The notes under the pieces were generated by a model. It ran no database searches. It had not been told where the DNA came from and saw only the letters and a program-made list of their open reading frames with translations. A DNA stretch of 64,000 nucleotides, taken from the NCBI RefSeq assembly GCF_009914755.1, contig NC_060933.1. The stretch is one strand, 5' to 3'. The DNA is from the human T2T-CHM13v2.0 reference genome, Homo sapiens. Every line of letters begins with the position of its first letter. Position 1 is the stretch's first letter. The translations under genes were made by a program, and so were the position numbers. Positions 46,058 to 58,822 of the stretch are shown here, one piece after another.

Positions 46058-46662
46058 TCAGAGTTTGCTTCTGGTCTTAATGAGGTGTTGCCTGAAGAAT
46101 TTCTGGATCTCCCCCAAGGCGTGCTCCTGGGCTGCCGCATGAGCAGCAGCGTCTCCTCCCCAGAGCAAAGGCCTGGAAATGCCCGGGTTCCAGCACGCGA
46201 AGCACAAGGGAGCATAGGGCGGTTCTAGGAGGTGGCCTGCCCCGAGGTGCACCAGCATCCTCCCGCTGCTTCTGCCATGGCTCTGCAGCTGGTCCACGGC
46301 CTGCTCAGCGTACGCTTTGCTATCCAGGCATTCGTCACTCTCCCCAGCAATGAAAAGAATCCAACCCCTAGCCTTTTCAACAGGAAGCACACTCTGCTGA
46401 TGGAGCCCATCTCGGGGAGTCTCCCTTACAGTGGCAGAGGAGCACAGCTCCAGAGACGTGGACCTGCAGGCGCTCCTGAGCTGAGCTGAGCTGAGCTGAT
46501 GGGTGTCACAATCAGATCCCCGTATCTGAGTGGAACTTCAAAGCTGGCGTTGGGCCCGTTAATGCAGACGGTGGCCACCACCTGCTTCAGGTAGCAGGCC
46601 ATAGCCAAGCCAATCTCGGCACCTTTGCACACGGAGATCACTCCAATTCCTGGCCTTTGGAT
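46058..46662 (-). pseudogene. ACNATP: ACNATP last coding exon (catalytic triad, PTS1; two frameshifts)
   Basis: Acceptor tgcttcAG|ATC. Cys codon 46627-46629, Asp 46334-46336, His 46232-46234, then SKL-TGA. (CTGAG)4CTGA at 46476-46499 and an extra base near 46418. Confidence 0.92.
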
Positions 46663-48474
46663 CTGAAGCACAAAACAAAGGGAATCTGCTACAGGTCACA
46701 AGCTGAGAAAGAGCTGTCCCGGGCATGCCAATAAATAAGTATGATGGAAAGAGTCAAAGAAGGTCGAGTCTTGGCACTCAGATTTACCAGCTCCTGGGAC
46801 TGAGAATGTTACCCACTTAACTCTCACTAACCTTTATTGTCTTGTAGGGATGATACCGACCTTGCAAGGCTGTTATGAGGATCAAGTGAAACAATAGAAA
46901 TAAACACTCTTCATCAATAGTAGAGTTTTGTAAGGGCAAAAAGAGTCTAACCCACCAGTGATGCTTGGCATTACAAGAATAGAGCCAGGTAAGCTTTCTG
47001 AAGAATAAAATTCTTGTCTCTAGCCAGAAAAAAAGGGTGTTTTTCAGGTTCTCTCAAATATTATGTAAGTGGAATTCACATTTAAATAGCATTTTATAGC
47101 TACAAAGGTTTTGCCCATATATTACCTCCATAAATTCAACAGCTAATCCTGAAAGCAATGAGAGTATGAAGACAAAAGGCTTGGATTCAGTAAATAATTG
47201 AATTGTAGTACCAATAGGAAAAGGTAGTAGCTCATAGAGGAGGATCATTCGTTCTCTGGTAGACTGAGGGAGCTGAGGGGACATGAAAGGTCTGAAAGAT
47301 GAGGGGGGAAAGGAAGGGCACTCTGGACAGACAACGACAGGTACATAAAGACCTAGTTTGTTTATTTTGCTCACAGTTGTGCCCCTAGCACTTCCTGTCA
47401 TCAGAATCATCTGATTTTTTTTTTAATTTGAGCTTCCTGAGACTCAATTTTTCAAGTGTCTGTTCCCATAGGTATGAGTGGGCCCAAGAATCTGATACTG
47501 TAAAATGTCCCCCAAGGAAATTGGGAAACATCTGTGTGATTAATGAATAAGGGAGTGAAGGAGGATGGCTGTAACTGGAAGTCAGAAATTGACTAGTAGG
47601 CTAAAACAATCTCAAGGAGGACGAAGAAGGTCCTCCTTGAGAAAGACAGGAGTAGAACCTAAAACACTTGTGACTGGTTGAAGACTTGGGGAGAGAGGGA
47701 AGAAAATAGATGGGCAAAGATAACAAAGTGGTTTTTTTCAGAGTTTACTCTATGCTAGCTGCTATACACACATTATCTCAGCTGGTCTTTCCAATAGCCA
47801 AACTGGATTCAGGAAACTTAAAAGATTTGCTTAAGGCCACAACATTATCAAGGGGCAAAGGTGGAAATTGAAGCTTATCCCCTGAATCTAAATCTAAGTT
47901 GAATATCTGCAGTTGACTTTTCTTCCTCAGATTAATTTCACAAATAGTTAAATCTGAAATGGAAAAAAAATAATTTGAAAACATTTTAGTTGGGATTTAA
48001 TTCTTTTTAGGCAATCTTTTAAAAAGACCCAAATAAGCTTAGAAAAATTACACATGTTTTCTCAACACTAAAGATGAAGATGTTGATAATGTCCCAATAG
48101 GAAACATATCCTCTCTCTCCTTGAGAAGAGTCAAGGCTCTCCAGGGTTGGGGTGGAAAAGAATAAAACATTTGAGGAAGTCAAAGATAATTTAATGGTTT
48201 GGAGCAAGGACCTTATCAGATTGTATCTGTCACTTACTGCCTATGTAGTTTTGACACATTACTTTAAATATGCTTTCTCATCTGAAAAATGAGGTTGCTG
48301 TTGATAGTACTTCATAAGGCTATTGTGAATGTTACATGAGACTTCATATAAAATGTTTATCATAGAGTCTAACAAATATCACTCATCAAATGTAAGCCAG
48401 TATTGTTTTACCAGTATTAAGTTGATCCACAAGAAATGGCTGACATTTGAACATTTTGATCTGCAAAACAGTAA

Positions 48475-48830
<356 letters not shown>

Positions 48831-48939
48831 TCTATTTTTAATCATTAGCACAAATATCAGTACTTTGGAACTCCTCAAGAGAATAGATCCTAGTTCAACT
48901 AATATTTACCTCTTAGAAGAAGCTAGGTTAATGTTACTA

Positions 48940-49095
48940 TTCCAGTCCTTCTCAATCATTAATGTGCATAAGAATCACCTGAGGATCTTGTTAATATGCA
49001 GTTTGCTGTTTCAGGGATGGAAAATGAGATGCTGCATTTCTGAAGGCTTCCAGGTGATGCTGTGGCCACTGGTCCATGAACTACATTTTCAATAG
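48940..49095. mobile_element. MER5-type DNA transposon remnant
   Basis: gcataagaatcacctgaggatcttgttaa...ctgcatttct...ccaggtgatgctg. Confidence 0.65.
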
Positions 49096-49723
49096 TAGAA
49101 GGACACACTTGACAAAGAGTGCTAAAATGACCCTTCCTTTTCAGATTCCTTTCTCTAGCCTGGCTCTTGGCATTGGACACTTACTCTATGCTTCACTTGG
49201 CCCCTAGCTCTGAAACTAACTAAAAAGCTAATTCAGCTAGTCAGGTAATGCAGTCAAGTCAGTTTTGCCGATACTCCCGACCTGATCTTGTATCTTTGTC
49301 CTGATCTTAGTTTCAGGACTCTTCAGTGTGACTTACTACAGCATTATCCCCCTGCAGAGATAATCACTGAAGTTTCAAAACATGTCAAATCAGAGAATTC
49401 CTGATTTGAGGTGAGTGACAGTAAAGCATTGAAGAGACCCTTATGAATAAGTTACAAACACTTCAAATGAAAGGCATCTTGGTTTTTTTCCACTAAAAAA
49501 TAATCACATTATGTCCACCATTTATTTATTGTCTTCTATGTGCCAATAAGCACAAAACTGATCACAAATCAACTCAACAATCTTTCAAGGCAGTTATTAC
49601 CATCCCCATTTAACTGTCAGCTCTGCTGTGTCCAAGTCTGTGCAAATTGGTAAAACAGAGCAGACACTGGTGATTTTGTTTTTTTGTAGTTGTCCAAGGT
49701 AAAATGGAAAGTATTTTAAATAC

Positions 49724-49926
49724 CTTGGGATGAGCTAGTAGCAAGTTGGCAGCTTCCTCAAAATATTCCAAGTCCACCTCCTGCAGTTTGTCAGGCAAGT
49801 CTTTGTAGGCAAAATATGCTAATGCCAGCACTGCAAAACCATGGGAAGCCAAAAGACTGGCCCGAAATTCTACTAGGCTCCCAATGCCCCCAAACAAATC
49901 AATGACTCCTGGGAAAGGGCCTTCCC
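49724..49926 (-). pseudogene. ACNATP: ACNATP middle coding exon (203 bp, intact)
   Basis: Acceptor ctcgcAG|, donor |GTattt; [39 protein letters not shown]...LLAHPK with no lesion. Confidence 0.93.
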
Positions 49927-50009
49927 CTGCGAGTGCAAAGAGAGAAGAGAATGGGATCAGAAAGAGCGAAAAAAAGGTCAAATAGCCGTGAAAATGCAAG
50001 GTGAGCAAA

Positions 50010-50012
<3 letters not shown>

Positions 50013-50044
<32 letters not shown>
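50013..50044. repeat. (CA)16 microsatellite
   Basis: Pure AC dinucleotide run. Confidence 0.95.
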
Positions 50045-50046
<2 letters not shown>

Positions 50047-50073
50047 GCACATTAGTTTTAAAACTTTATGGGA

Positions 50074-50820
<747 letters not shown>

Positions 50821-50860
50821 CATTAACAGTGGTTTCTGTATCACAAAAGATTAGTTTCAC

Positions 50861-51359
50861 CTGGAGGGAGAAAAAGGGCTCCTTGCACTGGACCTTCTTG
50901 GATCTGCTGCCTCTGCACCCCAGGGCCTGAGAACCAGTGCTGCACGGTCTGGCTGGCCTTGGGCTGAACAGTGGCTGAATCTTGAAAACAAATGGAGTCA
51001 TATAGGTCCAGACTGACCCAAAAGGGGCTGTTCATCACATCCTGCTTGAGCAGCCTCCGGAAAGGCCTCTCAGGCTTCAGAGACCAAAAGAGGCCCATTG
51101 GATGTACCCCCATGTAGTCACCTCCAAATGCGGGAGCCTGCTCCAGGTCCACCTCACCAGCCTCATTAACCCTGTAGAAGGCCATGGATCAGAATAGATT
51201 CCTCTTCTCGTCCTTCAGCGAGGCCTTCAGAGTTACCACCTGGGATGGGGGCAGGCCTGTCCCTTGGATATGCACTGGATCATCTGCAAGGGCACTTGCT
51301 GGGGTGGCTGACAGCTGGAACATTGGCAACTGGCAAGGGACCAAGTGGTGCTTCACCCT
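50861..51359 (-). pseudogene. ACNATP: ACNATP first coding exon (36 nt 5'UTR + 463 nt CDS, nonsense at codon 45)
   Basis: Acceptor tcttctctcccactacAG| at 51360, ATG at 51323, in-frame TGA at 51191-51189, donor CCAG|GTgaaa at 50860. Confidence 0.9.
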
Positions 51360-52677
51360 CTGTAGTGGGAGAGAAGACTTTAAGTTGGAGATTTAAATTC
51401 CAAGAAAAGGTCAAGGCAAGGTTTATATTAGGTCTGACCAAATTAAACTTCTGGGAACTTAGTGAAAAATGTGCAGAACTTTTGGAGGAGGGAGAGAGAG
51501 ACATGCAGAAAGTACTCATTGTTCTCATTTTACAGATGAGGAAACGGGTTATATGGCATGCTCCAAGTCTCACAAGTAGTTGATAGTAGAAGTGGGAATT
51601 CAAGCTATATCTGACACCACAGCCTTCTGTCTTATCCATTATAACACTAGTAAATCTTAGTTTCGTGGTTTTCAGTACATTAAGGTTTAATTCTTCAGCT
51701 GAAATAATACCCGTATGACCTATCTTTGTAAGGTATTAGGAGCCAAGGGGGATAATACATGACAAAGGGCTCTGAAACAACACTGCTTTTCAGCCCCCAC
51801 ACCTGTTGGGTATGGCTATGGGCACAGACTTACATAAACACACTCTCTGTTATTGTCGTTGTTATTTTCCTTTTAGTCTGTCATCCCTACCTGCCATTGT
51901 TAGACCTCTAGCTCTTTGCAGATTTTCCATTGTTTGTTCTTTTTAAGGGAAAATAAAACTTCATGCTCTTGTCTTTGCTATTATGCTTTTCTAATAGAGT
52001 TATGAATGCCAATGTTGTTTGTAGTAAAGAGACTACCATATACATTTGATTGGCCACTTTGTACCCTGCTCCATTATAAGGAAAATGGGGTCTTCTTCCC
52101 TCCCTCCCTTCCTTCCTTTCTTTTTTCCTCCGTACCCCATTCCACAAAAGATTTGAATCTGTTTACTGACAAAGAGTAAAACAGTTAAAGAGTAAAATTA
52201 AATAAAATAAGATTTGGGAAAATATGGACTAGGATTACAAGTATTTATCACAGAAAACCTGGAACATGAAAAGAAGGGCATTTTGTGGGTTGTAAGTTTG
52301 GTGCCAATCTACTGATAGCCAAAGGAAAAAGGGCTGCCTGGTCAGTTATGTTGTTCTAACTATTCTCAAAGAAAAAATTATCAGTTCCTTAGGGGAAAGG
52401 AAAAAGTGAGGCCCTTCCCAAAAAGATCTTTAGCTCTAAAAGATATTTCTCACATGAGACTTTGGCATATACATCTGAACCATTTTTCAACAATATCTTC
52501 ACAGAAATAGCAGTAATAGGTGTCCCCCTAAAAGCTTGACTCTCCAAGGGGTCCTTAATTTTATTTAGGGGATAATTCAAAATAAAGGCTTTGGGGTTTG
52601 TATTTGGGTGCAGAAAAACTTCTGTGGAAATAAATAGGCTCCAGTAGTGCAGGTGGAGGAAAAGAGCAATTGATGCC

Positions 52678-53107
52678 TGTCTTAGTTTGTTGTGTATGCT
52701 ATCAGGGAATACTTGAGGCTGGGTAATTTATAAAGAAAAGAGGTTTACTTGGGGCTTATGATTCTGCAGGCTGTACAAGAAGCATGGCTCCAGCATCTGC
52801 TCTTGATGTGGGCTTCAGGCGGCTTCCACTCATGGTAGAAGGAGAAGGGGAGCCGTCATGTACAGCCATCACATGAGAGGAGAGGAAGCAAGAGAAAGAG
52901 GGCAGGAAGATGCCAGGCTCTTGCTAACAACCAGCTCTCAGAGGAACTAAGAGTGGGAGAATGCACTCATTACCACAAGGACCTCAACAAAACATTCAGG
53001 AGAGATTTGCCCCCATGACCCAAATACCTCCCAAGAGGCCTCACCTCCAAGAGTAGGGATCAAATTCAACGTGAGATTTGGAGGGGTCAAACATCCCAAC
53101 TACAGCA
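52678..53107 (-). mobile_element. MSTB-like MaLR solo LTR
   Basis: tgtcttagtt...gaggctgggtaatttataaagaaaagagg...gctgtacaagaagcatggc; 5-bp TSD ATGCC at 52673-52677 and 53108-53112. Confidence 0.85.
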
Positions 53108-54336
53108 ATGCCCAATTCTCTACTGTAGATAAGAGATTAGTCATCAGAGGTAGAAGAGGATCAAGGGGAAAACGTCTTTTTGCATTTACTTTTAAAAAGT
53201 GATTTTCTGCAAAGTACACACTCCCACCTGATAAACTCATTAACAAACAGCACTACTGGCCATTTTACACACACTTAAATTCATGGTCAATACATTAATT
53301 TTGAATAAATAGAATGATTATGAATATATTTTCTCAATATTGGGAAAGTTCTTGACGGAATGTGGCATCATTTCCAACTTCATGAGTCTTTCATTCATGT
53401 TAGGGAGATGGGACATGTAATATTAAAAAGAGTGTCTGGTGTCCCCTGCAACATTTCAATGTTCTCTAGGTATTAATATTTTCTGATATGATTCCTTCCT
53501 GTAAGCCTCTGTATCTGCTGTCCTCTTTGTCCCCCAAAAAGATATCTTTAAGAAGACATCATTGATTCTTCCTCTCCTTGCTATTATTCTCCTTCTCTAA
53601 ACTTCTGTACAATGCATTAGCCCAATACAGCTTTTATTTTTATAGTTAATTATTTTAATTGCTTACTATAACCACTCTTCAGCATGCATCCTGTATCTAG
53701 TTTTATCCTCCCAAATGAGCCTCTCAAGGGTAGTAACTGTGTATGAAAACTTTAGGGATCCTTTCAACATTGATATAATAAATTATACAATGTACATGTT
53801 TAGGAGTTATAAGGTTTATAAGGGGCAGAATAAATTAGCACCAAAAATGTAATGGAAATAAATATTATATAGTACATGTGTGATTGAAGATTTGAGGCTT
53901 TCTTCCCAACTTGTAGTTCCTTTTTATCTGAGAATAGTCTCCTAAAGCCCAGAGCTATGATCACTCAAGAGCTATGTATGTACCTTGTGGCATCAGCCCT
54001 GGTGCCATTGCTGATTGGATTAGAGCTGAATTTCAGATTCAAGATGTGGCAATGATGTTTTCACCTTGTTAGCTTAGAATTGAGACCCAGAGATCAATAG
54101 TCACTCTCTCAGGGTCAAGACTAAGGTGAGGCAAGAGAGGCACCTAGAGGACCAAAGTTTACTTTCATGTCACTGAGAGACCAAGCCTCTAAGGTCTTCC
54201 TGATATTTTGCACCCTTGAACCTCTCTTTCCTTACCCTGGCCCTGGACTCACATGTAATTGAATCCATAAAATTCAGAAGCTGAAGCTGTATCCAGATAA
54301 TCCCAGAAAATCAGTCTTAGGGAAAAGATGTGGGAG

Positions 54337-54636
54337 TTTGAGGGGAGGGGGAGAGGGAGAGGAGGGGAAGGGGGGGAAGGGGAGGGGGAGGGAGAGATGG
54401 GGAGGGGAAGAGGGAAGGGGAGGGGGAAGAGGAAGGGGACGGGGAGAGGGGGGGAACGGGGGAGACGGGGACAGGGAGAGGGGGAGGGGGAGATGGGGGG
54501 GAGAGTGGGAGGGGGAGGGGGAAGGGGAATGGGAGGGAGAGATGGGGAGGAGGAGGGGGAGATGGGGAGGGGCAGGGGGAGGGGGAGGGGGAGATGGGGA
54601 CCAGGAGAGGGGGAAGGAGAGAGGGGGAGAGAGAAG
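54337..54636. repeat. G/A-rich polypurine low-complexity tract
   Basis: About 300 bp of GGGGA/GGGAGA/GGGGAGAT units with very few pyrimidines. Confidence 0.9.
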
Positions 54637-54659
54637 TTATGAATGAATAAAGTAGATAT

Positions 54660-54830
54660 AAAGATGAAAGGCAGAGAAAGTAATCTTACTAGATTTCAAA
54701 TTCCTGGTTCCAACCACTCCTGAAGGTCAACTGTACTTGAGTTCTTTGAGACACTCTGGCATCCTTATAATAGAATCCCTTTGTTTACATTAGCTTGAGT
54801 TGATAACTATTACTTGCAATCAAAGAGTCA
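54660..54830 (+). mobile_element. ERVL-type LTR 3' end (LTR16/LTR33-like)
   Basis: ttcctggttcca...cctgaag...tagcttgagttga...tacttgcaatcaaagagtc resembles recalled ERVL LTR ends. Confidence 0.45.
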
Positions 54831-56907
54831 ACTAGTTCAACTTTGCATTTCACAAACTCGGGATGATTGACTTCTGTAAGGTCATATCATGGTCAAGAGA
54901 GAAAAGGTGCCAAGTTTCCTGACTTAGTTGCATGCTTTTTTTTTACTGGCCAACAGACTATGATTCAAACTTTGGGAAAGCATATGACTTTTACTTTTTC
55001 TAAAAAGTTCTACTGAGTGAGAAATTCCTCTAGGATATCCCAACAGTCTGGGGTTTCCTTTTGGTCATATCTGAGAGTCTACCAACAGAGAAAATCCCAG
55101 CATCAAACTCCTTCCTAAAACCAGGCTGGCTATGCCCCTAGACTATGTGATGGAATCAATCTCACCCTGTTATATGAAGGTCTGGTATCCCACATCACTC
55201 ACCACCTCTCTGTGTTGTCTCTGCTACTCTATATTAGTGAAGGCTACTAATGTCAAGGTACAGAAATCTCCAAATTTTGAGGCCCCTAGTCCCAAAAAGA
55301 GATCTTTCAATATAATCCCACTTAACCTTTACCAACAGAAATATATCTAACCCGGAAAAAATGATCTTGTTATCTAAACTGAAAAAACATATTATACATT
55401 TTCGTGTATAGATTCCTTTCTGGTGAATTGATAGCATCAGCACACTGTAAACTAAGGAGAGCAGTTGTAGGATTTATTAGTTTAGCTACAGAAAAATCAG
55501 TCTTTTCCCATGAGTGTGGGTACTTTTTTATTCTCAGCCCACTACTATCAATTCTCCTTAAAGCTGGGGTATTTGTTTGTAGACACCTGATTTTCAGTCT
55601 GTAAGAAACACAATGATTCCATCATGTTTCTGTCCTTGAATCACTTGTTGAATTGTATGTTAGGACAGTGACTGTCTTTAGGACTCCGAGCATGCACATT
55701 AAACAGCCACGAGACATACAGTCTGTATCAGTCTTTTCTCACGTTGCTGATAAAGACATACTTGAGACTGGGCAATTCTATTCTCCCCTTAATTTATTTT
55801 TCTCTAACAGCAATTATTAAGCATTTACTAAAAGCTAGCTACTGGATAATATTAATTCCCATAGTAAAGCTTTTTCACTTTTCAAGGCTCTTTCAAGGTC
55901 ATTATTCCCTGTGGGAATGACAACCCTGTAGGAATAAAAACATATTACTATGCTTACATTACAAATTAGGAAATAGAGCTCAGTGAGTTAAATGATTTAG
56001 CCAAGTTTGCCTATGTAGTCAATGGTGAAGCAAGAATCTTAACTCATACCAGGTGACCCAACACATAAACCTTAACTATTTTCCCCAAATGAGAGTAGAA
56101 ATATGAAAACTCACTCTTCTCTTAACCTACCCCTCCTTTTTTTCTTTCTCAATACTTTATTTTTAATTTCATCTTCATTTTTCCTGACTCTGAACCTTTT
56201 AGTTAAGTATACACCCTGTTGCATACTTTGGCAGGACAGATAGTGAAATAGTAGAATTATAGCCCACAAACTCATGCGTGCACAAATGTATTTTTTTCTA
56301 TTTTTCTAGATTCCAAGTAAATTCCATTTTAAGTATTTGTTCTAAGATTATATCTCTGCCACCTGGAGGAACAAAGACTCAAAATAGAAATTACTTGGAA
56401 TCCAAGTAAGTTTTCTGTGACTTCTATAATGCTGAAAGACTCGGGAAGCTTATATATTATTGTGCATTCTTCTGAACCTGCTGTACAATGTATGCCAGAG
56501 GCTCCAAATTCAGATACCCATGGGGACCCAAGCAGGTAATATAAATTTATAGATAAGGGCCAGGAATAAATGAGATACAGAACTGTAAAGAACTAAAGAC
56601 AACCTAGTCTTTAGCCCAGTCTAAAGGTATTCAGTGGGCAACAAAACAAGATATGAACCAAACAAAACATACTCATTTATGACTTCTGGAGTGCATATCA
56701 GCCATTAGGATTTTTATAACTCAAAAACCAAAAGAAGATTTTTTCCCTCTTTCTGATGTGTTACCTTTTTTTAAGGCAATGGATATCAACTGGCCTCCTT
56801 TAGGTAGAAGAAGGATGACAAAGTAAAGTGGAAATGCCAAAATGAGGGGATGAGAAGTGGGAAGTGAGAACCCATCTATTAATATGTCCAATGATAAAGA
56901 ATGAGTT

Positions 56908-57229
<322 letters not shown>

Positions 57230-58624
57230 TCAAAATCCAAAGCCTTCAAACCTTCTCCTTGCCATCTCTCCCCATGCTTAATCTATATGACTTTTTCCTA
57301 CTTTTCTATTACATTTGTATTACCTTATTCTCAGTTGGATCCCAACTAATCCATATACATGGATTCATACCCTTGTTAGTTGATAAGGCTTATTGCTTCT
57401 CAGAGCTAGCTCCTCATAGATTCCAGAGTGTTAATTTATAAGATCCTTAAGGCTTCTCCTGTCCAACACTTCATTGTCATAATCATCAATAAACTACCTA
57501 CTGTATAAGGGACACCCATCTGAAGAGGTCTCTCCTTCCTCTGGGCCCTCCAGCATGCCTCTCAAAGCACTTAATATATTGAGCCTTATAATCATTTATG
57601 TTGTGTTTTCTCTCTCCTATTAATCTGAAATTTTCTTGAGGGCAGAATTCTGTTTGATTTATTTGTCACCTTTACTGTATACAGAGCCCTTCACATACCA
57701 TGTGTTCATAAATGATTTTAACTGTACACTCTTCATTCCCACAAACTCTCGTCCTTTTTCCCAAATCTTTCTTCCTTTTTACAGTTTTTTTTTTTAGTCT
57801 CTACAATATTGTCAGACTGATCTCTGCAAAACTCAAAAGTCAAATTACTCTTCTACTTTAAACTTCCAGTAGCTCCCGGATTCATTTAAGGGTAGAATCT
57901 AAATCCTTTGGCATAGCACTTAAGACCATTTCCAAGGGAGTGGCTCTACCATGGAGCCCTAGAGACTCTACATGTGTCTACATGGGATGCACAGGCAAAG
58001 CTTGGACTGCCATATGACCTAAATCTGGGTGGAATGCCCTGTGATCCTCCTAGGAACATGGCAAGGGAGGAAATCTTCAGAGAAGGCTTCGCGAGGTTGT
58101 TTTCTCATCTGCCTCTATCTTGTGGGATGCTGCCATGAGGCGGTTTTCTGATATAACTCCCAGGTTCCAGAGGAACATGAGACTTCCAACTTAACCCCTA
58201 TGCTTCCGTAGGGCAGAACTGCAGCTCTATAGCCATTTAGCTGCAGTCTGGAATTGACTGGCCAGCAATAGGGTGTATCACAACTCTTGCTGAAGCCATC
58301 TGACCCCTTTTGTTTCAGTGCCATCCTTTTGGTGTGTGGGATAAGGACTCATAGGGCTGACATCTTTAGCTTCTCTTTTCTTCACTATGTATATAAGTAA
58401 TAATCTGGCTGAATCTAAAATTAGTTCATTATTTCTTTACCAGCTGAATCTGTAAGTGTTAGACTTGGACGGTCCTTTGTGTTTGGCACCTTTCATAATC
58501 TGATTCAATCAAAGCCTTTAACCCTGATCTATTTACTAGTCTAAACAACTATCTCATTACAAACTTAACATATGATATTGTGAAAGTCTGCTTCTTTATC
58601 TGACTATCCATTTTCTGCTCTATA

Positions 58625-58822
58625 CAAATACAGTAGTCACTAGCCATACATAGCTAATTAAATGTAATTAATTAAAAATAAATAAAACAAAAATCTAGTT
58701 CCTCAGCCACACTAACCACAATTTAATTGCTCAATAATCACATGTAACTAGTGGCTACTATATTGAACAATGTAGATACGGAACATTTCTGCCATTGGAG
58801 AATATTCTATTTGATAGCACTA
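58625..58822. mobile_element. MER3/MER33-type hAT DNA transposon
   Basis: gtagtcactagcca...tagttcctcagccacactaaccaca...catgtaactagtggctactatattg...ttctatttgatagcact. Confidence 0.7.

Noticed and set aside
46476-46499. GAGCT pentamers resembling immunoglobulin switch repeats
   Set aside because: Only about five units, explained by slippage within coding sequence; no switch-region context.
54328-54646. Gly/Arg/Glu-rich ORFs resembling RGG proteins
   Set aside because: Artefact of the stop-free G/A tract.
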